In this document: one piece after another, positions 1 to 12,913 of the stretch
How positions within the stretch are numbered: position 1 is the stretch's first letter
Layout of the letters: each line of letters starts with the position of its first letter
Assembly (NCBI RefSeq): GCF_001447785.1
Contig: NW_015161964.1
Coordinates: 227,944-291,943, forward strand
DNA length: 64,000 bases
Reading direction: 5' to 3'
From: Gekko japonicus
Taxonomy: Eukaryota
The notes under the pieces: generated by a model
What the model was told of the DNA's origin: nothing
The model's database searches: none
Seen by the model: the letters and a program-made list of their open reading frames with translations, nothing else
Position numbers and translations under genes: made by a program

Positions 1-40
1 ATCTACTAGATATATTTTTCTGAGTATTCGTGTGTGTATG

Positions 41-44
<4 letters not shown>

Positions 45-71
<27 letters not shown>

Positions 72-72
72 G
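45..72. repeat. (TA)n microsatellite
   Basis: Perfect TA run. Confidence 0.95.
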
Positions 73-277
73 AGCATTAATTAAAGGTAACATTACACAC
101 ACACATACACACACTACTAACAGTCATTTATTCTAGTTATCTTCATAAATAGTATTCAACCTTGGCTTCATTTTAAATTGTAAACTATTTTAATAAGTAT
201 ATTTTGCCGTACTTGTAGGAATTTGACATTTAAGAGTTTGAAAAACATGTTCTGCATACAGAATTGTGGGTCTGGGT

Positions 278-484
278 CAATGTTCTCTCTAAGCTGTGGA
301 GTCTTGTGAGCAAAAATTCTGCTTTGTGAGCTACTGGCTATTAAAGTTGTGAGCGAGCAATTTGGCTGCTGCATAAATTAGTTTGCTCTGGATCCATCCT
401 TCATGAGCTAAGACAAATATCTGTGAGCTGGAGTCTAAAAAATTGTGAGCTAGCTCACACTAACTCAGATTAGACGGAACACTG
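278..484. mobile_element. Non-autonomous hAT-type MITE (about 207 bp), copy 1
   Basis: Imperfect TIRs CAATGTTCTCTCTAAGCTG / CAGATTAGACGGAACACTG; perfect 8-bp TSD GTCTGGGT (270-277, 485-492); second copy at 40543. Confidence 0.9.
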
Positions 485-2269
485 GTCTGGGTTAAAAGTT
501 CTTCTGTGAACCTGAAACTCTCATGGGTACTTACCCACCATATGACTGGCATGATCAGCTTTGAGACTGCCCATCACCTTTGGCAATGCCAAAGCTGATT
601 GTGTAGCCTGTGTTGGGGAACAAGCACTCTGACCCATAGGTGACTACTAGACATCAGATCAAGCCTGCACAACTTGTGACTCTCCATTATCAGTACAGCT
701 CAGCAGCTATGTATGGCAGCTGCCAGTAGTACAGTGCCAAGGGGCTGGTTTTTCCCCTCCTTGGAAGATTGTTTAGGTCAGATCAAACACCTAGAAGTCC
801 ACATTAAATAGCATTAGAGTTTAACATTATAAATAAATGAATGTAATTTGTCTGTTACTTATATTTTAATAGGGGTTTTTTCTGCCCCCCCACCTACTTA
901 ACTGATCATTCATAAGGTGTTTCAGGAATACCGTTATAGAAATCTTATTTTGGTTACAGTTAAGGTTGTCTCTCAAATTAAATGGTGAAGATTAATTAAT
1001 TTATTGATTTGATCCAGACTATGTTGGCAATTTCTACTGATTCCCACTTCTCACTGCAGATCTCCTTCCCCATGTTATCCCCTTTGGGCTATTGGAGGAG
1101 CTGGAAAGTTCTATTATGCCTAGATCCAATACTATGCTTAGTTGCATAACATCTTACTTTATAGTACTGAGGTGTAAAATAAATACTGCAGGGTACCTTA
1201 AGGTTCACCATTTCAGCATTTGCTTTTTATTGCCTGGTTAAATGTCCTAACTAATAAGATACAGGCTAGCCCTTATTCTAGTGGGAACCCATTAATCATT
1301 TCGGGAGGAGAAGGATAGGAACATAAAAAGGGAAGATTATTATCTTTGCCTCCTGTATTTCTCAAGAGATGGAGAAGAGGAGGGGAAAGAGACTCCACTG
1401 CTTCCAGAGCAAATTTATGCAATGTGTCATTCACGGGTGTAGCTTTGAGATGCTTTTGGGCTCATTACTAATTCTAGATTTGTGTTTGTGGGACTGGGTG
1501 GAGACACTTTCAGTAAGTCTTTCTGAAGAAAAGTTGTAATCCATGCCTTTATAAACCACCATGAGACAATAGGTGAGGAAAAGTTTAATGCCACTAGTAT
1601 TAAAAGAGTCCACAGTAAGACTTTACTTTAAAAGCCTTTGTTAAATCGCATTGCTTTGAACAACTTTGGTGGGAATGGGACAGAACAAAAACTTCCATAA
1701 TAATTTGGCTGGACTTTTCTGCCGTATCCAGTGCCACCAATCCTGTCACGGTTCTAGGCTGCTTGACTGGGATAGGGCTCAGATTCACTGTTTGCAGTAG
1801 TACTGGAAGACTGCAACCCACAGCATTTATGGTTTGGGATCCAGCAGCACTTCATCTTATTTCCTAGATTATTTAACACTGGTGGGGGAAGAACCGGGGA
1901 AAACCCTGCTAGTTAGCAGCAGCTGAATTACATCTTGCTCAGCTTGGTCTCCCCTTTGCACACAGATGTATAAGGCCTGGGTGTGCTCAGAGGCATGAGC
2001 CGACAGGCTCTTAACCTTCAGCTCTAAGCCTGAGGGTCAGCCCTAGTGGTGAGTTGATCAGCCAGTTAAGAGAGAAGACCTGCTCCATCATTGGGAAGGC
2101 TCCCCTCCCTTTCTCTGTCTGTCCTGTTAGCCGCTTTGGGCCCCGAACAGGGAGAAAAGCAAATATAAATGGCTAAACATATAAATAAAATAGACACGAA
2201 GCTACAGGATGAGTTATCTGGAATGTGGTCCTACTATGAATACGTTGATTATGCCCCATTCTATCTCTT

Positions 2270-2930
2270 CTTTCATCAGGGAGGCTGTGGACGTCCCTAG
2301 TGAATCAGTGATGGACTGGATACGAACAAACAAATTCAAGTCTAATCCACCTAAGACGGAAGTTTTGTTGGTCTATGGAATCGCAGTGTCAGAGTAAGGT
2401 GACTAGTCTGTTTTGTATGGGTTTGGACTCCCCCTTAGGAATCATGTAGACAGATTGGGAGTGCACCCAGATCTAGTTCTGTTCTTTAATGCCCAGATAG
2501 TGGGTTTTGCCTAGTTATACCAAATCAGTACCCTTTCCTGGGAAAAGACTGTCAGTCATTTGCCTCTTACATTCAGTTTAGATTACAATATTGTGACATG
2601 CTTTACGCATGCAGAGTTGTTTTATATAAGTGGAAACTTCAACTGGTGCAAAATGCAGCAGCTACAGCAGAATGCATTTAATGTCAGTATTATACTGTCT
2701 TAATTGTCTCTCAGTATGTTTCTGAGCCTAATCCAAAGGGCAGGCTTTATTTATTTTATTTAAAACACTGCTATCCGAGTCCCAACCATAATTTTTACAG
2801 CAGTTCTGACTTTTGAAGCACAACGTCTAGGGCCAAGATGTCTGTCTTCCTCCCATATGAGCCTACCAACATGGTTATCTCAGGTGAGAGGTCTTACCTT
2901 ATGTCCCACTATCATTTGAGATGTGTTCTA
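2270..2930 (+). mobile_element. Old decayed L2 LINE ORF2 fragment
   Basis: VMDWIRTNKFKSNPPKTEVLL resembles the L2 motif WM..N.LKLNP.KTE; a downstream KLQLVQNAAA-like segment at about 2630-2665. Confidence 0.65.
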
Positions 2931-3146
2931 TAAGCCTGTGGATCTCTCTGCCCTAGGTAGTCTTTATGGCCTAGTGATTACAAAGCTTCCATTATTGTTT
3001 CTCTGATCATCTGCAAATAGGTATTCCATCCCTCTAATCTTCCTCTCCTACCTTTAGAATTATGTTATATTTCACTTCTCTGCTGTAGCTGACATTTCAT
3101 ATACATTTGTCTGAATTAACTTGGTGGTCACACCCTGTTCCACAAA

Positions 3147-3297
3147 GTTAAGCATAAGAACATAAGAGAAGCCAATGTCGGAACAGGCCACTGGCCCATC
3201 CAGTCCAACACTCTGTCACACAGTGGCAAAAAATACCAGGTGCCATCAGGAGGTCCACCAGTGGGGCCAGGACACTAGAAGCCCCCCCCAGCACCAA
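3147..3297 (-). mobile_element. CR1 3' UTR fragment
   Basis: Reverse complement of the CR1 end at about 5990-6154, with (CATAAGAA)n tail. Confidence 0.85.
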
Positions 3298-3983
3298 GTT
3301 GTTGGGCTTGTTTGAAGTGGAGGAGACTGGAGACATGAGTCACTGACATCTGAGATCAGATGCTATTCCAAGGCAGTATAACTTAAAAGGCTGCTGTGCA
3401 TTCTGGAATACATCACGAGGAGCATAAATAAATACTTATTAAATATCATTTTGTAGGTAGCAGACTAAAGGAAACCAGTGAGTGTACAGGTGAAATTTGA
3501 TGGATAAATCTGTTGACAGAATTTCATGAGGATCCCTAATGTGCCATCCCCACTCACCTTTAGGTTTTCAGCCTATTTGCCATTAATTTAACCTTGGTGG
3601 TGTTTGAAACTTCTGAATCTTTCTACTACCTTTGATGCATTTATGGTTTTATGCTATTATGTTAATCATATTGTTTTATTATTCTGTTGCTGAATCAATC
3701 GTTCCAGTGCATTAGTGCAGTGCATTTATTGTGATTCTTTTTGGAGATAGAAGGGTAAGATAAAGTATTTTAATAAAAAAAACAGAATAAGTACATAAAT
3801 ACAGTGTAGTGTACAGTACAGTTGTCATTAGAGATCTCTTCAAACAAAATGCAACACATTGCCTTCTGCACAAACCTTAGGTCCACATTTGGAAGGCTGG
3901 CTTCATACAAGCAGAGAATAATGTATGAGAGAGGCTAGGAATGATTACCTCATCAGAGTCTGCACTAGCTTCCTATAACTTAT

Positions 3984-4028
3984 TCTTGCCCAATAAAGCC
4001 TGAATCTTGCCCAATAAAGCCTGAATCT
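3984..4028. repeat. 21-bp tandem duplication
   Basis: TCTTGCCCAATAAAGCCTGAA x2. Confidence 0.9.
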
Positions 4029-4170
4029 AACAAATCCCAAAGGATTCAGGTGAGAACTATGAAGCTAAAATGCAAATTGTATAAGGAAATCTGGAGAAAT
4101 TGCTTATAACAAAGAAAAAAACTCTATTAATGTGTCTAAATAATAATTCCCAAAGTTGTCAGAATGAGCA

Positions 4171-4798
4171 GGAGGAGGAGGAGGAGGAGAAGAGATTGAA
4201 TTTATGCCCCACCCTTCACTACCTAAGGAGCTGCGGTGGCTCAAGTGGTTAAGACGCTGAACTGCAGGCTGTGGAAGTTCAGTAGTTCAGCAGTTCAAGA
4301 CCCGGGTGCCGCATGATGGAGTGAGCTCCCATCTCTAGTTCCAGCTCCTGCCAACCTAGCAGTTCGAAAGCAATAAATTGCAAGTAGATAAATAGGTACC
4401 ACTTCGGTGGGAAGGTAACAGCGTTCTGTGCGCCTTGGTGTTTAGTCATGCCGGCCACATGACCACCGAAACGTCTTCGGACAGCGCTGGCTCTTCGGCT
4501 TTGAAACGGAGATGAGAACCGCAACCCTAGAGTCGGATTCGACTGGCTTTCGAGCAAGGGAACCTTTACCTTTACTTTTACTTCACTACCTGAAGGAGTT
4601 TCAGAGCGGCTTACAATCTCCTTTCCCTTCCCCACAACAGACACCCTGTGAGGTAGGTGAGGCTGAGAGACCTCTTTCGAAAACTGCTAGTGAGAGAACA
4701 GCTCTGAAAGGACTTGTAATTGACCCAAGGTCACACTAGGAACTGCAGGTGGAGGAGTGAGGTATCAAACCCAGTTCTCCCAGATTAGAGTCCGCACT
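4171..4798 (-). mobile_element. tRNA-derived SINE with L2-like tail (Squam3-like), interrupted by a Sauria SINE
   Basis: Reverse complement of the family at 6939 and 21139; (GGA)n tail at 4171; split at 4225-4580. Confidence 0.8.
4225..4580 (+). mobile_element. Sauria-type SINE, full length
   Basis: tRNA-like head with A box (GGTGGCTCAAGTGG) and B box (GTTCAAGACC), conserved body (CCTGCCAACCTAGCAGTTCGAAAGCA), (ACCTTT)n tail; TSD CTTCACTACCT at 4214-4224 and 4581-4591. Confidence 0.9.
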
Positions 4799-5037
4799 CC
4801 TCTGCCTCTTACTGGAACCATCAGTAAAGGTAATTTAAAACAAGGACCTTAAATCACTGGAAATGAGATGTCGATTAAAAATTCAATGAAAAAGCTCATA
4901 AAACTATAATGTCCCAGCCATATATATGTTCCTACAGTCAATGGCAGTTATGTACAAAACTGTAGCTTCTAATAACACTTCATTAATTACATAAGTCCTA
5001 AGGAAGTTATATCATCTCACTCTCTGGAAGTATTCAA

Positions 5038-6154
5038 CCGCAGGGATCAGTACTTGGTCCACTGCTTTTTAACTTGTTCATTAATGATTTGGAGATGGGA
5101 GTAAGCAGTGAAGTGGCTAAATTTGCGGCTGATACAAAGTTGTTCAGGGTGGTGAAAACCAGTGAGGATTGTGAGGCACTACAAGGGGATCTGTCAAGGA
5201 TGGGCGAGTGGGCGTCAACATGGCAAATGGGGTTCAATGTGGCCAAGTGCAAGGTGATGCACATTGGAGCCAAAAATCCTAAATATAAATACACATTGAT
5301 GGGGTCTGAACTGGCAGAGACTGAGCAAGAGAGAGATCTTGGAGTTGTAGTGGATAACTCACTGAAAATGTCGAGACAGTGTGTGACTGCAATAAAGAAG
5401 GCCAATGCTATGCTGGGGATTATTAGGAAGGGTATTGAAAACAGATCAGCCAATATAATAATGCCCCTATATAAATCAATGGTGAGACCTCATTTGGAAT
5501 ACTGTGTGCAGTTCTGGGCACCACACCTTAAAAAGGATATTATAGCTTTGGAAAAAGTGCAGAAAAGGGCAACTCGAATGATAAAAGGGTTGGAACACTT
5601 TCCCTATGAGGAAAGGTTAAAGCGCTTAGGGCTCTTTAGCTTGGAGAAAAGACGACTGAGGGGTGACATGATCGAGGTTTATAAGATTATGCATGGGAAA
5701 GAGCAGGTAAAGAAAGAGGTACTTTTCTCCCTTTCTCACAATACAAGAACTCGTGGGCACTCCATGAAACTGCAGAGCGGTCGGGTTAGAACGGATAAAA
5801 GGAAGTACTTCTTCACCCAAAGAGTGATTAACACATGGAATTCACTGCCACAGGAAGTGGTGGGTGCTACAAGCATGGACGGCTTCAAAAGGGAATTAGA
5901 TAAGCATATGGAGCAGAGGTCCATCAGTGGCTATTAGCCACAAGGTATAGCTAGGGGCTCTGGGGCAAGTGATGCTCTGTCTTCTTGGTGCTTGGGGGGG
6001 GGGTCAACAGTGGGAGGGCTTCTAATGTCCTGGCCCCACTGCTGGACCTCCTGATGGCACTGGTATTTCTGGCCACTGTGTGACACAGAGTGTTGGACTG
6101 GATGGGCCTTTGGCCTGATCCAACATTGGCGTCTCTTATGTTCTTATGTTCTTA
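5038..6154 (+). mobile_element. 5'-truncated CR1 LINE (RT C-terminal half plus 3' UTR)
   Basis: Frame open 5038-5937: PQGSVLGPLLFNLFIND...FAADTKL...VRPHLEYCVQFW...WNSLPQEVV; catalytic FADD reads FAAD; (TTCTTATG)n tail. Confidence 0.95.
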
Positions 6155-6556
6155 AAGGCTGGACAGACATCTGCTGAAAGTGCTTAGGCCTGCTGTTCCT
6201 CTCTTGTTTCCCTTTAACGCCCATAAATATAGGGAGGTATCTTAAGATACCATACTCTGATGGAGTAGGCAACCATGTTACAGGTTGTGCAACACCCTGT
6301 ATCACGTGACCTTTGAATGTAATTACTTTTCTGAGCCTAGAAATCTTTTAATTCTTCCTTTCTTCCAAAATATAGATCATATGGAGACCTTACTTCTTTT
6401 ATTAGAAGATAATAGCAGACGTATCACTCTTTTAAGTGTGACATTTTATGCACCTGTGAGAGATTTTTGCAGCTATTCAAATGGGGTCTAGCTTTTTTGC
6501 TATTTTAGTAATCTGCTTAGAATTCATAAGAAGCAGTATGAGGTAGAGAGAGAATG

Positions 6557-6771
6557 TAGGGTTGCCAGCTCCAGGTTGGGAAATACCTGGAAGTTTGGAG
6601 GGTGGAGCCTGAGGAGTGCAGGGTTTGGGGAGGGGAGGGAGTTCCAAGGGATACAATACCATAGGGTCCACCTTCCACAGTAGCCATTTTCTCCAGGGAA
6701 ACCAATGTTACCTGGAGATTAGTTGTAAAAGTAGGAGATCTCCAGCCATCAATTGGGGGTTGGCAATCTTC
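6557..6771. mobile_element. hAT-type MITE with TAGGGTTGCCA termini
   Basis: Left TIR TAGGGTTGCCA, degenerate right TIR TGGCAATCTT; no clear TSD. Confidence 0.6.
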
Positions 6772-6938
6772 TCTATTAATCCCATACCAATGTGAAAGGG
6801 AGTACATGGCACAGTGGAGGTAAACTGGAAACCAGGACTAATATCCTTCTTGACTAAGAGACAGAAGGTCAATGGAGTAGAGAGATGAGAAGGAACCCTG
6901 GGGTTGTGAGGTAGGAGCCTTACAATATATTCTGTGTA

Positions 6939-7209
6939 CAGTTTGGTGTAGTGGTTAAATGCACAGACTCTATTCTTGGAGAACCGGGTTTGATTCCCCA
7001 CTCCTCAACTGCTGGATGACCCTGGCCAAGCCATAGTTCTGTCAGAGCTGTTCTCTCAAGGACAGTTCTGGAAAGAGCTCTCTCAGCCCCACTTACTTCA
7101 CAGGGTGTCTGTTGTGGGGAGGGGAAGGGAAAGGCATTTGTAAGCCACTCTCTGAGTGAAGGACAGGGTATAAATCCAATCTCCTCCTCCTCCTCCTCCT
7201 CTTCTTCTT
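6939..7209 (+). mobile_element. Squam3-like tRNA-derived SINE
   Basis: A box TGGTGTAGTGG, B box GGTTTGATTCC, L2-like end (TGTAAGCC...GGGTATAAAT), (TCC/TTC)n tail; five copies in the window. Confidence 0.85.
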
Positions 7210-9069
7210 TGTCTTCAAGTCTTATTAACTGTACTGTTTTTGAGAAACGTTCTGTTAAAACAAGACTTCTGAATCTAGGTAATGTAAATGTGTATTTCCA
7301 ACAAATATTCAGGGCAATACTGTAGTTTTACTAATGAATATGAATAGTAAATGAATTTACTAATGAGTTTACTAATGAATAATAAAGCGTTTTATTAATG
7401 AAGTCAAGGGAACTGTCTGGAAGCCCTGCTTTCCTACATTATTAGTGGCAGATACATTTTTAACAGTGATTTTGCACCATTTTAGACGTGTACCCATTCA
7501 TGAGGCATTTAGCTACAATCCTATCTCAAGACTTTTCTCCACTTTCCTACGGCCAACTGAATAAAGAATAAAAAATAAAACCCCACAGTTCTGGCAGGAT
7601 GAAACACGTAAGCATGAGAAACATGCATAAATTTATACAAGATGGTGATGGACAATGGTAAAGCGAAATGAAGTATGACAAGGGTGATAGTCTGGACTCA
7701 CCCTTAAAATTCTCTAGGCTATAGTAGGATTTAAGCTTGTGTAATTGGGTTCAGGATTGCAGCTTAAATGGGAATGGATTGTCTACTAGGCTTTCATTCC
7801 TAGAGTAGCCTATAGGGTCTTCCAGGTCAAGCAAGGGTGAGGCATATCAACAGGGCAGGGTGAGAAAGCCTGTCTTGCTAGTGCTCATGCATAAATAAGA
7901 GCCCTTTAGTCTTCAGGGCTGTCAATCCAGATCTAAATTCTTTTCTGTCTTTCACACACAAACTTAGATAACACTTGAAAAAAGTTTTTTTTTTCCACAA
8001 CGAAACTACTTTTGGGCCACAATCCTCAAAGTAATGAAAAATTCTGTCATTGTAATCAAATAAATAACACTTACACATAAAGCATGTGTCTATAGCTTTT
8101 ACTGGTTTTCTTGATCTATACAAAGAATATTGAATGGAAAATATACAGGACGAGGAAAAGGAAATAACTGTAGTGTTTCAGCAGCTACAGATATCTTATT
8201 TTTAATTTGTAAATTAAACAAAAACAAACGTTAGCATCAAGTTGACTAACGATACTGGTACTGAGGGGTCGAACAACTCATTGTTGTTTTTACAACTTAA
8301 TTTTCATCTCATGTCAGTAAAATGTCTAAATTGGAGAATTATGCAATTATTCCATTCTGTTTGATTGTTAAACATAAGTGACTTCTCTCATAGACCATAA
8401 TTGTCACCACCATATTCAGGAATCCATGACACAAGTCCTAGAGTGCAGGTGACTGTTCCCCAGTGAAAATGACAGTTTAAATTATATTGCTATCTTCCCA
8501 CATAACTCTGTAGAGATTCTGGCAGGAAAGAATATTATTTTCAAAACTAGGGTCAGTTTTGGAAAGCTGCCAAGAGCCTAAAGGTTACCTTTCATTTCCA
8601 CGTGTTTATGTATAACAGGAGCATTTGCATGTAATTATTTATGGGTTTTTTATTTTAAAAATCCTTGATAAATATAAATTAGGCCTCAGTTGAATTTATA
8701 ATTTATGCTTTTTTGAAAAAAGACATTTGCTGCAATAGTATGAGTATTGGAGAAACAAAGGTTTGGATATGAATATATCCTGCTCACAAAAGGGTCATTA
8801 TATACCTCACTAGAGTATTGCTTGAAAAAAGTGAAACAGCCTAAGATTCTCTTTCTCTTATGCAAGTAGAAATGAGAATTGGCACATAACCTACCTAGTA
8901 TAGCACTTTGCTATTGGAAGCAATTGCAAGCTATTGCAAGCAATAGCAAGACAAAGCTACTTTTCTTTTGCTCATGGTTGGATCACACTTGAAACATTAT
9001 TCCTTCATATTATACATATATGCTTGACCCAGCACTACATGAGCACAGTAAGCTGTATGCAGTTTACTT

Positions 9070-9164
9070 GCAGTAGAAAAGAGCAAGGGTCCAGTAGCAC
9101 CTTAAAGACTAACAAAATATGTGGCAGGGTATGAGCTTTCGTGAGTTACTGCTCACTTCTTCAG
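9070..9164 (-). mobile_element. Penelope-like element terminal (pseudo-LTR) fragment with hammerhead core
   Basis: Near-identical to 14248-14340, the end of the Penelope element; flanked by direct repeat (CAG)TTTACTT. Confidence 0.8.
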
Positions 9165-9384
9165 TTTACTTACGTGTGTTTCTGCACGTACCAATTCACT
9201 GACCATATGGCTGATGGTATGGGTAAATAAAGGCTATAGGGAACAATCCTAAGAAGGTCTACGTTCAATGGGACTTTCTCCCAGGAAAGTGTCATTAGGA
9301 CTGTACAACCCAACAGAGGAAAAATAGGAGAAAAGATTATTAGGATGGTAGCCATAATCTCCCTGCCCAAATGATCAGTACCTG

Positions 9385-9449
9385 CTTATGGCTCCAACAT
9401 GTGTATTTGTTGGAAAACTTATGGCTCCAACATGTGTATTTGTTGGAAA
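9385..9449. repeat. 33-bp tandem duplication
   Basis: CTTATGGCTCCAACATGTGTATTTGTTGGAAA(A) x2. Confidence 0.9.
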
Positions 9450-12400
9450 TGAATGTGTATCTTGAACATATCCGGTGGTCATGTCCCAAAGTTTCTAAAT
9501 TATGCAATATGATTATTAATTGGATTTATGAAGATTGGGAAATAAATAAAACCATTTTATTGTGCATCATACCTAGCCTATCTAACCCCCTCCCAAAAAA
9601 GGGAGTACACTTATTATGAGTCTGATAATGATAATAAAAAATGGTACATGCAAGTTTCTGTAAGTCACAAAGCATTCCAAATCAGAAAGATTGTATGGGG
9701 AGTTATATTAGTAGCCAAGTTGGAAAAAATTATTCTTATTCAAAGGCCATAGAAAAGTGACAGAGAAGATTAATATTTGTTTTTACAACCATGGTTAATT
9801 TAATAAATAATTAAATTAATAAATATTTAATAAAATAAATAATTAAAATAGGCTACTATTGCAATCAAAACAAAGAAATGGGGGAAAGGAGTTTTTATCT
9901 ATTATAGTCAGAGATCTTATAAAAATCATTATACTTTGAAACAAAGGGATTTTTAAGTCAATAAACTAGAAAGGACTGTGCCATTTTCTAACCTACACTT
10001 TTACTATTTTTGACACTGAATTGACAGAAGAATCCAGTGTGCAGGGAAACAAAGAAAAAAGGAAAAAATGTGTGCTCAGATTTGATAGCTGTAATGAAGC
10101 ATATTATCTATGCAGACAAAAACACATTTTGGTCCTCTTTATCAGCCAACTGGATCAATCAGACCAAATCCACAGATAGGCAGCAAAATCAGTGGACAAA
10201 CTGAATACTTGAATGGGTGAATGAGACAATTAACTGTATGACCTTTTCTCAATCTTACATTTTATTACAAAAATCACGTTGGGCAAAGAGAGATCATAGC
10301 ACTAAAAGTGTTGTGACACATTAATCTGGAAACACTAATTCTCTCAGCGATGCACTCCCTGTATCCTTTTTTGAAATAAACTGCCAACAAAACAAAAGCA
10401 AAAATAAAAGAGAAGATGAGGCTTTCTACTAACTATAGCATAGACAATAGCTACCTTTCTGATCAAGTTTTAAATTGAACATTGCCAAACTGAAAGAAGT
10501 AAACCATTACATTAAACCACAACTCTACTATCAAACATACAAAAATATTTGCATGACATCAACTGATTTTGCTTTCCAACTGTGGGGTGCCAAAGTGGCT
10601 TCAAACCTTTGAAATAGTGCTCTAAACAACACTTTATAGATCTAGAATTTAGTGAATAGTACATTTTAATCTATTTTAAATAAACTCACAGAGGTAAATT
10701 GTATTAAATCAACAACACAAAGCTACAGCATCTGACTGTGAAAAAACGGTTTGCAGCAGAGAGTCCATTAAACATTTAGTTGCCGTTGTCTTCCCAGTGC
10801 TCCAGTGGAAAAGAGCAAGCTGCAAAAATGGGCTTCTAAGAATTTCAAACCATATTGTACAGAAGTCACATCAAATTAATAGTGAGGACCATTTAGAGCT
10901 TTTATTCTGAAAAGCTTTTGAAAAGGGATTAAACTATGAAAACTCGCATGATACTAAAGTACCTATTAATGGGTTTAGGGGGGGAGGGACAATGAAAGTG
11001 TTATTTTTAGATAAATCGTTACTTTGTATGTAGCAGCACAAAGCATTTGCTAAGGAGATACTGCAACAGTTCTTTGGCAATATCCCACACATCTGAACAC
11101 TGATTTGCAGGAGGCTTTTTGTTGTCTTTGGGGGGAAAGGGGGGGAACCCTTATTCAAGATCCCATTCCCCCTCCCCATTCCCCCTCCCCATATCAATTT
11201 TGGTGTAGTCAGTATAACTAGTTATTCTGAGGCAACAAATACTAGCTGATAAAAGTATATGATGCCTGTTCTGTCTGCATATATCATCCTATCCTACCAT
11301 TGGTTCAATAAAATGCGTAATTTGAACCTCTCTGGATCCTATCTGTGTATCTCCCCAAGATCTCAAAATACTGTTGTTTAAAACTTTGGATTGTATGATA
11401 CCTTTAACATGTAGAATTTAAAAACACACACCAGCAAACAGCAAGAGCAAGGAGAAGAAGAAAGCTGGGTAGTTGTCATCTCGTCAAAAATAATGAATTC
11501 TCAAGAGACTTCGAACTTCATGTCTTCCTAGTCATTTGTCCAATAACAATAGGCTACCAAGAGAGAAATGAGTAGGAGTAGAGCAAACACTTCTTCATCA
11601 GCTCTGGCTCGCACCTGTAACCTCCCTGCAACTATGTACCAGCTGAAACCTACAAGACAACAGGCCCAAAAGACAACTGGAAATGTTGTTCCTAGCCCGC
11701 TGTGCCTCCATTCAGTTAAAGGATGCACCACATGGTGGATGACAGCTTTGTGTCTATCCCCTCTTGCAGCCTTCCCTCCCCCTCAGCCCCTTGACAGTCA
11801 AGCACACAGAAAACAGTCTTATGGCTAATGATGCAAACATGAAGTGCAAAGTCGCCTTAATTTGACCCTTGTTAAACTCCTAATTGGATTGAGGCAGGCT
11901 CTGTGGAAAGCAACCCTGGATTATTTAAGAATGCTTTTGCCAAATGAAGACCCATTTACAAAAAGGCTTCCAGTTTGGCTGCAGGACACCAAAGAACCAG
12001 AAATGAACTGCAGCTGTCACTTAAGTTAAAAATCTAATCAGTTGCCTTTTTCCCCCTCTAAAGGAAAGTAACTTTTTGAACAGCTTCTTCATTGTGGAAC
12101 TCTTTGGAGTGTGTTTGACCCAAATTTAATAAGCTCTTATTAAAGCAGAAGAGCAGCTGTAGAGCAAACCCTGTGGAATGATACTAGTGCGTTCAGCGTC
12201 TTAATTATTTTAAAATGATTACAACCACTGCTTCATTCAGGAGGAATAAAGCTTAGAGCTCTTTGCTCAACAATGTCTTAACACAAACTGTCTGAACGGG
12301 CAGCATTGATTTGTCCTTCATGAACCCCAAAGGTCAGCTGCATTGCTGAAAACATCTCAGCAGTTTAATTGTGTTTCTTCTGAAGGAAGAGGAAGGGGGG

Positions 12401-12741
12401 GGGACCTCAGGATTCCTCCTCTGTGAAAACTAGCCCCTTTTTATTTGCAAGGAAATATACAGCTTAAGTACAGAGACAAGGGGTGCATGATATGCAGACA
12501 GGTGTAAAACATGAAGTAATTATAGAAGCTCAAATTAGTTCCTAGGCCTGAGGCAAAAAAGAGAACAGTGCCTTGACAAAAGGGAATAGCAAATAAGGAT
12601 AGCAAACAAAAAAATGGCTTGAATGTGTAAATTAGCAAGAAAAATGAGACAGAAAAGCAGCTTTACTCTACTATTATTCCCCACATGAGAACAGAGCAGC
12701 TGAATATGATCAAGAGAGCTTTGGAGGAGAGAGGCAGGCAT

Positions 12742-12913
12742 NNNNNNNNNNNNNNNNNNNNNNNNNNNNNNNNNNNNNNNNNNNNNNNNNNNNNNNNNNN
12801 NNNNNNNNNNNNNNNNNNNNNNNNNNNNNNNNNNNNNNNNNNNNNNNNNNNNNNNNNNNNNNNNNNNNNNNNNNNNNNNNNNNNNNNNNNNNNNNNNNNN
12901 NNNNNNNNNNNNN
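12742..12913. other. Assembly gap
   Basis: N run. Confidence 1.

Noticed and set aside
5074-5937. Host protein-coding gene (also ORFs at 16069-18454, 24893 and 33664)
   Set aside because: All are retrotransposon ORF2 fragments with LINE tails, not domesticated genes as far as can be seen.
6939-7010. tRNA gene (also at the other SINE heads)
   Set aside because: A and B boxes belong to SINE heads; no complete cloverleaf.
9385-9449. CRISPR-like palindromic repeat
   Set aside because: Two abutting copies with no spacer, in a vertebrate intron, with no cas genes.
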